Positions 17,968 to 27,437 of a stretch of 64,000 bases of DNA are shown here, piece after piece (position 1 is the first letter of the stretch; each line of letters opens with the position of its first letter). Both the position numbers and the translations under genes were made by a program. The DNA is from an uncultured Bacteroidales bacterium. Lineage in GTDB: Bacteria > Bacteroidota > Bacteroidia > Bacteroidales > UBA11471. The notes beneath the pieces are model-generated. The model was not told the DNA's origin and ran no database searches. It saw nothing but the letters and a program-made list of their open reading frames with translations. The stretch spans positions 3,442-67,441 of the forward strand of contig CANQQA010000011.1 of assembly GCA_947625885.1 (NCBI GenBank), read 5' to 3'.

Positions 17968-18218
17968 TTTACAGTTGTATCAAAAATTCTATTCCAAAAA
18001 TGCTCTACAAAATTCCAAATTCTTTTTGGAAAAACAAAATCGTTTTTTTCTTGTTTTTTTCGATTTCATTACAAAAAGCTGGCTTTTAGCCCATTATATT
18101 TTATGTTTTTTCACATATCAAATTGTAAAAATATTTTTATCACATCGCTAATAATCAGATATTTATATATGACTACAAGTTTATTTTCATATTTTATCGA
18201 CTTTTTTCAATTGAAAAA

Positions 18219-18245
18219 AGCCTCCCTAAATAGGGGGCTTTTTTT
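18219..18245. terminator. Rho-independent terminator (A-tract / hairpin / T-tract)
   Basis: aaaaaagcctccct-aaat-agggggcttttttt lies downstream of the minus-strand gene ending at 18307. Confidence 0.6.
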
Positions 18246-18306
18246 CGTGCGAGTCAAAAAAAGCAGACATCGCCAATATTTAGAATGTATATAAATAATA
18301 AATCTG

Positions 18307-19203
18307 TTATTTCTTACCTCCGAAGACCGAGAAATGAACATAACGTTTCGGGTGCAGCCGCAAATCGAGGAGCAGGGAATCCGCATCGAGTACGGTAGTA
18401 TTCAAGGAATTATAAAGCGTCTTGTCCGTAAGCAGAGCGCCCACCGTATTGTCCGGCGATTGCAGCCGAGCCATAAGCGTATTGACAGAGAGTACCACCT
18501 CGTCGATATGTTTTATGGTACTTCTGATACCGACCTCTTTGAGTTCGGTCGTCAGGTGATTTACATTGCCTGTAATCTGTTTTACATCGCTTACGATAGC
18601 CGGCACATCGTCTGCCATCAAACCGGAAAGGTTGGCGGAGGCTTGTTTCAGATCCGCCGATACTTTGGTAATGTTGGAAAGCGAAGTTTGCAACTCCTGC
18701 GATTGAACAATGGCATTCAGACCGGTCAAAATGCTGTCTATCTTGGGCATCAATTCCGTAATCGAAGGCAACAAATCTTTCTGCACCTCTCCCATCAAAC
18801 CGTTGTCGATTTCACCTTCCAGAAAATCGCCCGGGTGATGCAGCTCCGATACATACTGGTTCAGAACGAGGTTAAGGGTAACCGTACCCAGCAAATCCGA
18901 AGTCAAAAGCACCTTACTGCCTTCGGGCACTTTCAGTTTTTTGTCCAGACTCACTTCCACCACGACCCCGTGCGAATTGGCGTAATCATACTGTATGTCG
19001 CGCACAAGTCCCACTTTGAATCCATCGACGTTGATAGGTGTCGATATGGTAAGACCTGTTACATTTTCATAACGGATATAATAGTAATTCGACGGGTGCA
19101 TCAGATTGACACCTTTCAGAAACTCTATGCCCGCATAGAGTATTACAGCGCTTATAATCACTGAAATAGCGATTTTCACTTCTTTTGTAAAATACTTTTT
19201 CAT
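18307..19203 (-). CDS. MlaD/MCE-family protein
   Basis: It has an N-terminal TM anchor, an MCE-like beta domain (...LTISTPINVDGFKVGLVRDIQY...) and a helical C-terminal half. Confidence 0.6.
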   Translation of the reverse strand: MKKYFTKEVKIAISVIISAVILYAGIEFLKGVNLMHPSNYYYIRYENVTGLTISTPINVDGFKVGLVRDIQYDYANSHGVVVEVSLDKKLKVPEGSKVLLTSDLLGTVTLNLVLNQYVSELHHPGDFLEGEIDNGLMGEVQKDLLPSITELMPKIDSILTGLNAIVQSQELQTSLSNITKVSADLKQASANLSGLMADDVPAIVSDVKQITGNVNHLTTELKEVGIRSTIKHIDEVVLSVNTLMARLQSPDNTVGALLTDKTLYNSLNTTVLDADSLLLDLRLHPKRYVHFSVFGGKK

Positions 19204-19219
19204 ATCGTATTGATTTATT

Positions 19220-20281
19220 TCATTTCACTTTGACGCCGTTTTTGAAAGCAACGATGAACGCATCTTTGAACAATCGTTTCACTTTCGGCAATTCGGCAAG
19301 CATATCTTCGCGACGGGGCGATTCGCCGTAGGTATATTTGTACATATTGTTTTCTTCGTAATACGACACGGGCGACAATCCCTTAAATTCGGGAGCCTTG
19401 CCCGTGAGTTTCTTTTTCGACGCCATGAGCTGTATCTTATATACGACACCGGCGGAAGCCTGTGCAGTAGTCCCATTGTCGGCAACCGTCGTCGAATGCC
19501 CCGACTGCCTTTTACGCAGCGTCTCGTCTTTGTAGCTCACGAAGGCTTTGTATATCGACTCCGCCAGTTTGTCGCGGGAGGCATCTTTTGCCAAATAAGC
19601 CGCATCGGCAGGATTGGTAACATACCCCACCTCCACGAGTATGCGAGGCATAGTTGCTTGTCGGAGTACCAGAAAATTGGCTTGGCGAACACTCCGGTCG
19701 GGGCGGTGCGCCAATACGCGAAACTGCTCTTGCACCAGCGAGGCGAAGTGTATGCTTTGCTCCATATATTTATCCTGCACGAAATCGAGTATGATGCCCG
19801 ACTCCGGCGAATTGGGGTCGTAACCTTGATAAGAGGTCGAATAATCGTCTTCCAGATAGATAACCGAGTTTTCCCGTTTGGCAATCTCCCGATTTTCCGC
19901 CTGTCCCCTGTCAGGCGTAAACACGTAAGTCTCCGTGCCGTTTGCCGACGTATTGCCGGCAGCGTTGGTATGTATTGAAATGAAAAGGTCGGCTTTGGCT
20001 TTGTTGGCGATGTTCGCACGCTCTTTCAAGGTAACGAACACATCTTTCGAGCGGGTATATATCACACGGGCATCGGAACAATTCTGTCGTATCTTTTTCC
20101 CCAATTTCAAAGCGACTGCCAAATTTATGTCTTTCTCTTTCTGACGATTGGCTATCGCGCCCGGATCTTCACCTCCATGTCCGGCATCAATCACGACCAC
20201 GAACTTGTCTTTTGTCTGCCCCGCTGCCGACCACGAGAGAGCAAACAAACAGACTATCAATATATATATCCTTTTTTTCAT
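19220..20281 (-). CDS. N-acetylmuramoyl-L-alanine amidase (Amidase_3) with C-terminal SPOR-like domain
   Basis: VVIDAGHGGEDPGAI and FISIHTNA are present. I chose the internal start MKKRIYILIVCLFALSWSAAGQ (signal peptide), because a candidate promoter box lies inside the longer ORF. Confidence 0.8.
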   Translation of the reverse strand: MKKRIYILIVCLFALSWSAAGQTKDKFVVVIDAGHGGEDPGAIANRQKEKDINLAVALKLGKKIRQNCSDARVIYTRSKDVFVTLKERANIANKAKADLFISIHTNAAGNTSANGTETYVFTPDRGQAENREIAKRENSVIYLEDDYSTSYQGYDPNSPESGIILDFVQDKYMEQSIHFASLVQEQFRVLAHRPDRSVRQANFLVLRQATMPRILVEVGYVTNPADAAYLAKDASRDKLAESIYKAFVSYKDETLRKRQSGHSTTVADNGTTAQASAGVVYKIQLMASKKKLTGKAPEFKGLSPVSYYEENNMYKYTYGESPRREDMLAELPKVKRLFKDAFIVAFKNGVKVK

Positions 20282-20331
20282 GGCTCGTTTTTGTCTTTTG
20301 CCCGAAAATAGCCCTATAAATAATTGATGCG

Positions 20332-20339
20332 CAAAGATA
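20332..20339 (-). promoter_or_regulatory. -7 promoter box (reverse complement TAtcTTTG)
   Basis: CAAAgaTA on the + strand lies 51 nt upstream of the ATG at 20281. Confidence 0.4.
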
Positions 20340-20462
20340 CGAAAAAATGAAATAACAAAATTTTTTACCGACAAAAAGAATATCTATTTCGACGAAACGA
20401 CGACAAAAAGTCGATATGTCTCTTTTTTACTTTTTTTATTTCTTTCGTCTTGCGAAATGCAC

Positions 20463-20470
20463 TATCTTTG
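20463..20470 (+). promoter_or_regulatory. -7 promoter box (TAtcTTTG)
   Basis: It lies 18 nt upstream of the ATG at 20488 and inside the longer ORF version. Confidence 0.4.
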
Positions 20471-20487
20471 AAAGAAATTTTTCCTCG

Positions 20488-21768
20488 ATGAAAAAACTTT
20501 GGTTCGCTTACTTCCTGTTATTTCCGTTACTGTCTGTCGCCCAGACAATAAGCGTCGATGGCGCTTATTGTTACCAGCCTGAGAATGCAGGCGATCTGAC
20601 AGCAATATACGTCGTTCCGACCGGCGAGGCGGCAACTTTACACTACTTTTCGTCATCGACAGCGGAGATACGCTGGTATCGCTTCGGCAGCGGCGGCACC
20701 TCGTCGCGGGTCGAGGTCGTCGGTGTACAGAGCGGCAACATCGCCACGCTGCCCAATGCCGACAAAGATTGCGGGTACATGGCAGAACAAGAGGGCGTCG
20801 GCTCCATATGCGTATGGCTCGCCTCGTATCGGAGCATTACCGCCTGCACGGTAGCCGACCGGCAAGAGAATGTATGTGAAAGCGTACTTTTACAGGGAGA
20901 AGGTTTTGCCATACCTTATTATACGACAAACGGACGACGGGGATTTATTCCGCGCCAAGTACGCTATACGACCGCCGTATGGGACGAATCGGCACAAGCG
21001 ATACGCGAAAACGAAACCGTTACGGTTCCGGCATCGGTCGTGTCGGACACGGAAATGGAAATCCCCGCCCCTTACGGATATTCCACCATCGCCGTAATCG
21101 ACGCCATACCCGAAGCATGGGGCGCACCGGCAACGGAAATTTCCGCCGGCGAATACGACTCGCCTGCCATACTGATGAAAGCTGTCGTAGAACAACAGCA
21201 GCGCGACGCCGCCAACGAATCGGGCGAAATGCCGTCGGAGGGCTTCGGCGGCTCGGCTCCGGTGAACATGACTTTCACCGCTTACGTGAACGGGAATAAT
21301 TACTACGCATGGGAATTTGCGAGCGACGAAGAATTTACGACAGTCGATGTCATTTACCCCGAACAGCATCTGGAATACGCTTTTAAGGAAGAGGGGACGA
21401 CCTACGTGCGCCTGCACGCTTACAACGACTTTTGCGAGCGCGACACCATGTTCACCGTATCGGTCGGAGAATCGAAACTGGAAGCACCGAATGCCTTTTC
21501 GCCTTACGGCAGCCCGGGTGTAAACGACGAATGGAAAGTGGCGTATAAGTCGATTGTCGATTTCAAGTGCTGGATATTCAACCGTTGGGGCGAAGAGATA
21601 TTCCGCTTTGAAGACCCTGCTTTGGGCTGGGACGGTCGCTATCGCGGTAAACTGGTACCATCCGGCGTCTATTATTATGTCATCGAAGCCCACGGCGCCG
21701 ACGGACAGAAATACAAACTGAAAGGACACATCAACATTCTCCGTCCGAAGAATATCGACAAGGAATGA
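20488..21768 (+). CDS. Secreted protein with gliding-motility-associated C-terminal domain (T9SS type-B sorting domain)
   Basis: It has the signal peptide MKKLWFAYFLLFPLLSVAQ and a C-terminus PNAFSPYGSPGVNDEWKV...IFNRWGEEIFRF...GWDGRYRGKLVPSGVYYYVIEA... Confidence 0.7.
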   Translation: MKKLWFAYFLLFPLLSVAQTISVDGAYCYQPENAGDLTAIYVVPTGEAATLHYFSSSTAEIRWYRFGSGGTSSRVEVVGVQSGNIATLPNADKDCGYMAEQEGVGSICVWLASYRSITACTVADRQENVCESVLLQGEGFAIPYYTTNGRRGFIPRQVRYTTAVWDESAQAIRENETVTVPASVVSDTEMEIPAPYGYSTIAVIDAIPEAWGAPATEISAGEYDSPAILMKAVVEQQQRDAANESGEMPSEGFGGSAPVNMTFTAYVNGNNYYAWEFASDEEFTTVDVIYPEQHLEYAFKEEGTTYVRLHAYNDFCERDTMFTVSVGESKLEAPNAFSPYGSPGVNDEWKVAYKSIVDFKCWIFNRWGEEIFRFEDPALGWDGRYRGKLVPSGVYYYVIEAHGADGQKYKLKGHINILRPKNIDKE

Positions 21769-21771
21769 TTT

Positions 21772-24615
21772 ATGGAGGAGAACGAAGATAAAATAGAAAT
21801 CTGGGGCGCGCGGGTGCACAACCTCAAAAACATCGACGTGGCGATACCGCGCTACCGGCTCGTCGTCATTACCGGACTGAGCGGCAGCGGCAAATCGTCG
21901 CTGGCATTCGACACCATTTACGCCGAAGCGCAGCGGCGCTACATCGAAACTTTCTCTGCTTATGCCCGCAACTTCTTGGGCAATATGGAACGCCCCGACG
22001 TCGATAAAATAACGGGATTAAGTCCTGTCATCTCCATCGAACAGAAGACGACCAACAAAAATCCCCGCTCGACCGTCGGCACGACGACCGAAATCTACGA
22101 CTTTCTGCGGCTGCTCTACGCCCGTGCGGGAGAAGCCTACTCCTACCTTTCGGGTGAAAAGATGGTGAAATACACCGAAGAACAAATTTTGGAACTCATA
22201 CAGGAGCGCTACCGCAACCGCAAGACCTACATTTTGGCGCCGTTGGTACGCAACCGCAAGGGACATTACAAAGAATTGTTCGAGCAGGTGCGGCGCAAAG
22301 GTTACCTGTCGGTGCGGGTCGATGGCGAGATACGGGAGATACTGCCGGGCATGAAACTCGACCGCTACAAAAACCATTCGGTCGAGGTGCTGATAGACAA
22401 ACTCGTCGTCTCCGAAAAAGACGAGCGCCGCCTCAAAGAGAGCGTTCGGGTAGCTATGAAACAGGGCGACGGACTGCTGATGGTACTCGACGTCGAAAGC
22501 GGCGAGCTGCGCCATTACAGCCGCACGCTGATGGACCCTGCCACGGGCTTATCGTACAGCGAGCCGGCACCGCACAATTTCTCGTTCAATTCGCCGCAGG
22601 GCGCCTGCCCCTGCTGCAAAGGCATCGGATATATAAACATCATCGACCGCGAAAAAATCATTCCCGATGCCTCGCTGTCGATTTATCAAGGCGGCATACT
22701 GCCGCTCGGAAAATATCGGAACGTCTTGCTGTTCTGGCAGATAGAAGCCATTTGCGAAAAATACGGCGCCACCCTCAAAACACCGATAAAAGACCTGCCG
22801 GAGGAGGCGCTCAACGACATTCTGAACGGAACGGACGAACGGCTGAACATCAAAAACCTTTCCTTAGGCAATTCCAACTATTTCCTCACGTTCGAGGGGT
22901 TGGTGAAATACATCGAAATGCAGCAGCAAGCCGACGCTTCGGCAACGGCACAAAAATGGGCGGGACAGTTCGTTACCACCGTGCAATGTCCCGAATGCCA
23001 CGGCGCACGCCTCAACAAGGAGGCGCTGCACTATCGCATCGACGGGAAAAACATTGCCGAAGTTTCCGATATGGATATTTCGGAATTGTGCGTATGGCTC
23101 CATGACATAGAAAACCGGCTGCCGCAAAAGCAGGCTGCCATTGCCAAAGAAATCGTAAAAGAAATACGCTCGCGCGTACAGTTTCTGTCCGATGTCGGGC
23201 TGGAATACCTCTGCCTGTCGCGGGCATCGGCTACGCTGTCGGGAGGCGAGAGCCAGCGCATACGGCTGGCTACGCAGATAGGCTCGCAGCTTGTCAATGT
23301 GCTTTACATTCTCGACGAACCGAGCATCGGACTGCACCAGCGCGACAACATGCGCCTTATCGACTCGCTGAAACAGCTGCGCGACACGGGCAACTCGGTC
23401 ATCGTGGTCGAGCACGATAAGGAAATGATGCTCGAAGCCGACTACGTTGTCGATTTGGGACCGCGTGCCGGACGGCTCGGCGGCGAAGTGGTGTTTGCCG
23501 GCACGCCGCAGCAGATGCTGGCGGCGGGCACTCTTACGGCGGCTTATCTCAACGGCGAAAAAGAAATCGCCGTCCCCTCCTCGCGGCGTCGGGGAAACGG
23601 CAAGAAAATCGTACTGAAAGGGGCGCGGGGAAACAATTTGAAAAACCTGACGGTAGAATTTCCGTTGGGAAAATTCATCTGCATCACCGGCGTTTCGGGA
23701 AGCGGCAAATCGTCGCTCATCAACGCGACGCTGCAACCCATACTCAGCCAGAAATTCTACCGCTCGCTGACCGACCCGCTGCCCTACGACGCTATCGAAG
23801 GACTGGAACATATCGACAAGGTAGTGAACGTCGACCAGTCGCCGCTGGGACGCACACCCCGCTCCAATCCCGCCACCTACACGGGTCTGTTTGCCGATAT
23901 ACGCAACCTGTTCGTCGACCTTCCGGAGGCAAAGATACGGGGCTACAAAGCCGGACGTTTTTCGTTCAATGTCGCCGGCGGACGCTGCGAAGCCTGCGGC
24001 GGAAACGGCTACAAGACTATCGAAATGAATTTTCTGCCCGATGTATTGGTACCGTGCGAGGCTTGCCGCGGGAAACGCTACAACCGCGAAACACTCGAAG
24101 TGCGCTTCAAGGGAAAATCGATTGCCGACGTCCTCGATATGACTATCAACCAAGCCGTCGAATTTTTTGCCGGCATACCCTCCATACTTGCCAAAGTAAA
24201 AACATTGCAGGAAATCGGATTGGGTTACGTGAAGCTAGGACAGCCCTCGACCACCCTGTCGGGCGGCGAGAGCCAACGCGTAAAACTGGCGACGGAATTG
24301 TCGAAGCGCGATACGGGCAAGACCCTCTACATTCTCGACGAACCGACCACCGGTCTGCATTTCGAGGACATTCGCGTATTGCTGGGAGTACTTAACAAAT
24401 TGGTCGATAAAGGGAATACCGTGCTGGTCATCGAACATAACCTCGACGTCATAAAAATGGCAGACCACATTATAGATATGGGACCCGAAGGCGGTCGCAA
24501 CGGAGGCAGCATACTGATTACCGGAACGCCCGAAGAGGTTGCCGCTCACCCCGAAATCGGTTACACGGCGCGTTTCCTGCGACAGGAATTGGGATTGCCG
24601 CCTCTTGAAAAATAA
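21772..24615 (+). CDS. uvrA: Excinuclease ABC subunit A
   Basis: It is 947 aa with two ABC modules (GLSGSGKSSLAF and GVSGSGKSSLIN), zinc-finger Cys pairs, and LSGGESQR twice. Confidence 0.95.
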   Translation: MEENEDKIEIWGARVHNLKNIDVAIPRYRLVVITGLSGSGKSSLAFDTIYAEAQRRYIETFSAYARNFLGNMERPDVDKITGLSPVISIEQKTTNKNPRSTVGTTTEIYDFLRLLYARAGEAYSYLSGEKMVKYTEEQILELIQERYRNRKTYILAPLVRNRKGHYKELFEQVRRKGYLSVRVDGEIREILPGMKLDRYKNHSVEVLIDKLVVSEKDERRLKESVRVAMKQGDGLLMVLDVESGELRHYSRTLMDPATGLSYSEPAPHNFSFNSPQGACPCCKGIGYINIIDREKIIPDASLSIYQGGILPLGKYRNVLLFWQIEAICEKYGATLKTPIKDLPEEALNDILNGTDERLNIKNLSLGNSNYFLTFEGLVKYIEMQQQADASATAQKWAGQFVTTVQCPECHGARLNKEALHYRIDGKNIAEVSDMDISELCVWLHDIENRLPQKQAAIAKEIVKEIRSRVQFLSDVGLEYLCLSRASATLSGGESQRIRLATQIGSQLVNVLYILDEPSIGLHQRDNMRLIDSLKQLRDTGNSVIVVEHDKEMMLEADYVVDLGPRAGRLGGEVVFAGTPQQMLAAGTLTAAYLNGEKEIAVPSSRRRGNGKKIVLKGARGNNLKNLTVEFPLGKFICITGVSGSGKSSLINATLQPILSQKFYRSLTDPLPYDAIEGLEHIDKVVNVDQSPLGRTPRSNPATYTGLFADIRNLFVDLPEAKIRGYKAGRFSFNVAGGRCEACGGNGYKTIEMNFLPDVLVPCEACRGKRYNRETLEVRFKGKSIADVLDMTINQAVEFFAGIPSILAKVKTLQEIGLGYVKLGQPSTTLSGGESQRVKLATELSKRDTGKTLYILDEPTTGLHFEDIRVLLGVLNKLVDKGNTVLVIEHNLDVIKMADHIIDMGPEGGRNGGSILITGTPEEVAAHPEIGYTARFLRQELGLPPLEK

Positions 24616-24638
24616 TCGGAAGCCCCTCCCGCTTCCGA
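24616..24638. terminator. Hairpin between convergent uvrA and crp/fnr-family genes
   Basis: tcggaagc-ccctccc-gcttccga. Confidence 0.5.
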
Positions 24639-24646
24639 AAGCGATA

Positions 24647-25348
24647 CTATCCGAAACGGCTTATCTTTCGTAATTTCGCTTCATCGACAAGCTGGATTTT
24701 ACGACCATCGACCACGACGATTTTTTCGGCGGCGAAGCACGACAACGTGCGTATGGCATTGCTGGTCGTCATGTTGGAGAGATTGGCAAGGTCTTCGCGC
24801 GCCATATAGATGCTCAGCGTGATGCCGTCTTCCTCCAAACCGTAATTGTCTTTCAACATAAGCAGCGACTCGGCAAGGCGACCACGAATGTGTTTCTGCG
24901 TGAGATTCACCGTGCGGGTGTCCGACATACCCAAGTCGGTAGCCAACTCTTTGATAAAGAAACAGGCGAGGCGATTGTTTTTCTTGATAAGCTCATCGAC
25001 GACAGGCATCGGCAGAAATCCGATAGTCGCATTTTCAAATGCCGAAGCGGCGGTAATGTAATCTTCGCCGGCAAAATAAGCCCGATAGCCGAAATATTGC
25101 ACAGGACGTATCAATCGCATAATCTGACTGCGCCCGCCGATGCCTGCCTTGAATATTTTCACCTTCCCTTTGATAAGACACATCAACAACTCGGCTTTCT
25201 CGCCTTCGTTGTAAATCATCTCGTTTTTCTTGAAAGTCTGTATATGGAAGTTTTCCGTAATGATACGCTTTTCGTTGCTGTCGAGAAGCGGCAGCATCTC
25301 GCCCAAAGCCTCCTGCGTCAGCGCTTCTATCGAAAGTTTCTTTACCAT
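24647..25348 (-). CDS. Crp/Fnr-family transcriptional regulator
   Basis: It has a cNMP-binding-like N-terminal domain and a C-terminal HTH (...REDLANLSNMTTSNAIRTLSCFAAEKIV). I chose the internal start MVKKLSIEAL. Confidence 0.8.
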   Translation of the reverse strand: MVKKLSIEALTQEALGEMLPLLDSNEKRIITENFHIQTFKKNEMIYNEGEKAELLMCLIKGKVKIFKAGIGGRSQIMRLIRPVQYFGYRAYFAGEDYITAASAFENATIGFLPMPVVDELIKKNNRLACFFIKELATDLGMSDTRTVNLTQKHIRGRLAESLLMLKDNYGLEEDGITLSIYMAREDLANLSNMTTSNAIRTLSCFAAEKIVVVDGRKIQLVDEAKLRKISRFG

Positions 25349-25354
25349 AACCGT

Positions 25355-25377
25355 GTTATATAACAATGTTATATAAC
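25355..25377. promoter_or_regulatory. Two tandem copies of the 10-bp perfect palindrome GTTATATAAC, 3 bp apart; candidate operator
   Basis: gttatataac lies at 25355-25364 and 25368-25377, between the -7 box and the start codon of the Crp/Fnr gene. Confidence 0.5.
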
Positions 25378-25378
25378 G

Positions 25379-25386
25379 CAAAATTA
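25379..25386 (-). promoter_or_regulatory. -7 promoter box (reverse complement TAatTTTG)
   Basis: CAAAatTA on the + strand lies 31 nt upstream of the ATG at 25348. Confidence 0.4.
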
Positions 25387-25499
25387 AGAAAATTCCATTA
25401 AACTGCAAAGGAATGGCGAAAAAAGATGATTTCGGCATGAAGCGTTTTATTTTTACAGAAAATATTTATTATATTTGTAGCAAGAAAAACATCTCGATT

Positions 25500-25949
25500 A
25501 TGAATGAAGCGCACGAAACCCAAGTCGCATCTATCGCCGGCGCCTTTTGCGAAGCAATAGAACAGGTAAAAAACAACGATACGCTCTCGTTGTCGGATAT
25601 GTTTGTCATTTTCAAAAACGAAGAGCAGCTGCTGTCGCTTTACGACGACAACGAAATGCTGCTGACTCAAATCGGACTGGAAGAGTACGACGAAGCCGAC
25701 GACACCGACAATATCCGCATCATCGCCTTGTTGCGACAGGCATTGGATATGCCGGAGGTTGCCGACGCGTTCCGTTCGCTCAATGCCGTAGCGCCGGTTT
25801 CCGTACTGCTCATGAACGACGAAAAAGAAATAGTCTGTGAACTCAAAACGTTCGATGACGAAAAAATATTCCTCGAAGACGATTTTCTGAAAAAGGCGGG
25901 GAAAGAACTGGACGATTTCTTCGACCAACTCATGGCGGACATAAAATAA
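25500..25949 (+). CDS. Hypothetical acidic cytoplasmic protein
   Basis: It is a 149-aa D/E-rich ORF with no recognised motif. A TAtaTTTG box at 25470-25477 favours the ATG at 25500 over the ATG at 25413. Confidence 0.5.
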   Translation: MNEAHETQVASIAGAFCEAIEQVKNNDTLSLSDMFVIFKNEEQLLSLYDDNEMLLTQIGLEEYDEADDTDNIRIIALLRQALDMPEVADAFRSLNAVAPVSVLLMNDEKEIVCELKTFDDEKIFLEDDFLKKAGKELDDFFDQLMADIK

Positions 25950-25964
25950 AGCAATAGTCATAAA

Positions 25965-26606
25965 ATGAAGAACGCCGTGAAAAATATCGCCATATTGGTT
26001 TTCGGGATACTTGTTTTGTTCGTTTCTTCTTGCGAAAAGGAGAAACAAGAGGTTTCATTTTCCATCACTCCGAACGATGTCGATACGACAAGCGGCAACA
26101 CTTTTATGGCAAGATTTTTATCGGCAAAATACTGTTCCTCTTTTTACCCTATCGTTTCAGACAGTTTTCCGGTCGGGAACAATATCGACAGCGTATTGAC
26201 ATTCGGGACAATAAAAATAAAATCCATCGAATCAATCGCCGGCATCGACTCCTCTGAAATCTTAGGCATAAAATTGGGGAAACAACAAAATATTCAAATA
26301 TCTATAAACGATATTTTTTCTGCCAGCTCGCCTTTTTATTCCGGATATACAGGCAGCACCAACCTGTATCTGTTACAGATAAAAGACAGTATCGGACAAA
26401 TAATCGACGTCGTCGATATACCTTTTGCCGTTACAAAAAATGTCGGCAAAATAAAAACGGATTATCACCGCACCATTTCAGCCGATACCAACTATTACTA
26501 CGGTTTTGCCGTTTACGGAACGGAAATTTTTAACGAATCTGCCGCCGGCGACCCGGAAGGTTATATCGCCGTCAGCCTGCCGGACAATACGCAAACGACG
26601 CCATAA
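25965..26606 (+). CDS. Hypothetical lipoprotein
   Basis: The lipobox is ...LVLFVSSC-EKEKQ. The DNA is low in GC and I recognise no family. Confidence 0.55.
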   Translation: MKNAVKNIAILVFGILVLFVSSCEKEKQEVSFSITPNDVDTTSGNTFMARFLSAKYCSSFYPIVSDSFPVGNNIDSVLTFGTIKIKSIESIAGIDSSEILGIKLGKQQNIQISINDIFSASSPFYSGYTGSTNLYLLQIKDSIGQIIDVVDIPFAVTKNVGKIKTDYHRTISADTNYYYGFAVYGTEIFNESAAGDPEGYIAVSLPDNTQTTP

Positions 26607-26620
26607 ATAAACACAGTAAA

Positions 26621-26656
26621 AAAGGCGGGGCTACCTCTTGTAACTCCGCCTTTTTT
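26621..26656. terminator. Bidirectional rho-independent terminator
   Basis: aaaaaaggcgggg-(loop)-ctccgcctttttt lies between convergent genes. Confidence 0.6.
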
Positions 26657-26682
26657 ATGCCGGATTTTGCGATGAAACCGCC

Positions 26683-27432
26683 CTATTTGTTCCAAATATC
26701 CCAAGCGGCATACGCCTGCAACAAGAGCATTTCTATACCGTTTTTCGTTTCGGCGCCGCGCGCTTTGCACTTCTCCATAAAGAGTGTCGTTTCCGGATTG
26801 TACACCAAATCATATACGAGATGTTTCGGCGTAACAAGTTCGTAAGGTATTGCCGGACAGCTTTCTATATCGGGGTACATACCTACGGGCGAGGCATTGA
26901 CGATGACCGTGTATTCCTGCATGATTTCGGGTGTAAGGTCTTCGTAACAAATGGCTTTCTCCTTACGCGTGCGCGATACCCACTGCGGTTCCACGCCCAG
27001 CGACAGCAGTCCGTACCATACGGCTTTGGAGGCGCCGCCCGTGCCGAGTATCAGCCCTTTGCGGTGATGCGATTTCAGACAGGGACGTATGGAATCGGTA
27101 AATCCGATGACATCGGAGTTGAATCCTTTCAAAGTCAACTTGCCGCCTTTGCGTATGAATTTGACGACATTCACGGCACCGATGAGACGGGCGGTTTCGT
27201 CCATTTCATCGAGAAAAGGGATAATCGTCTCCTTGTAAGGAATCGTTACGTTCAATCCGCGCAGTCGTGGCGTTTCGTTCACGACAAGGCGAATATCCTC
27301 AATACGGTCGAGTTCGAAATTGCGGTATTCCGCCGCGATTTTTTCATTCTTGAATTTTTCGTTGAAAAAATTCCGAGAGAAAGAGTGGGCGAGCCTGTAC
27401 CCCACCAATCCGTACACATCGGGAGTTTCCAT
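26683..27432 (-). CDS. aroE: Shikimate 5-dehydrogenase
   Basis: YGLVGYRLAHSFSRNFFNEKF, LNVTIPYKE and GTGGASKAV are typical AroE motifs. Confidence 0.85.
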   Translation of the reverse strand: METPDVYGLVGYRLAHSFSRNFFNEKFKNEKIAAEYRNFELDRIEDIRLVVNETPRLRGLNVTIPYKETIIPFLDEMDETARLIGAVNVVKFIRKGGKLTLKGFNSDVIGFTDSIRPCLKSHHRKGLILGTGGASKAVWYGLLSLGVEPQWVSRTRKEKAICYEDLTPEIMQEYTVIVNASPVGMYPDIESCPAIPYELVTPKHLVYDLVYNPETTLFMEKCKARGAETKNGIEMLLLQAYAAWDIWNK

Positions 27433-27437
27433 GTTTC

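Noticed and set aside
17968-18306. Possible oriC next to dnaA (AT-rich 339-bp intergenic region; also 15373-15736)
   Set aside because: I found no TTATCCACA/TGTGGATAA DnaA boxes, even allowing one mismatch. The closest are ttatcaca and ttttcacat. In many Bacteroidota the origin is not adjacent to dnaA. A call is not supportable without a genome-wide GC-skew analysis.
22864-24153. A 429-aa minus-strand ORF
   Set aside because: It is antisense to uvrA and has no motifs.
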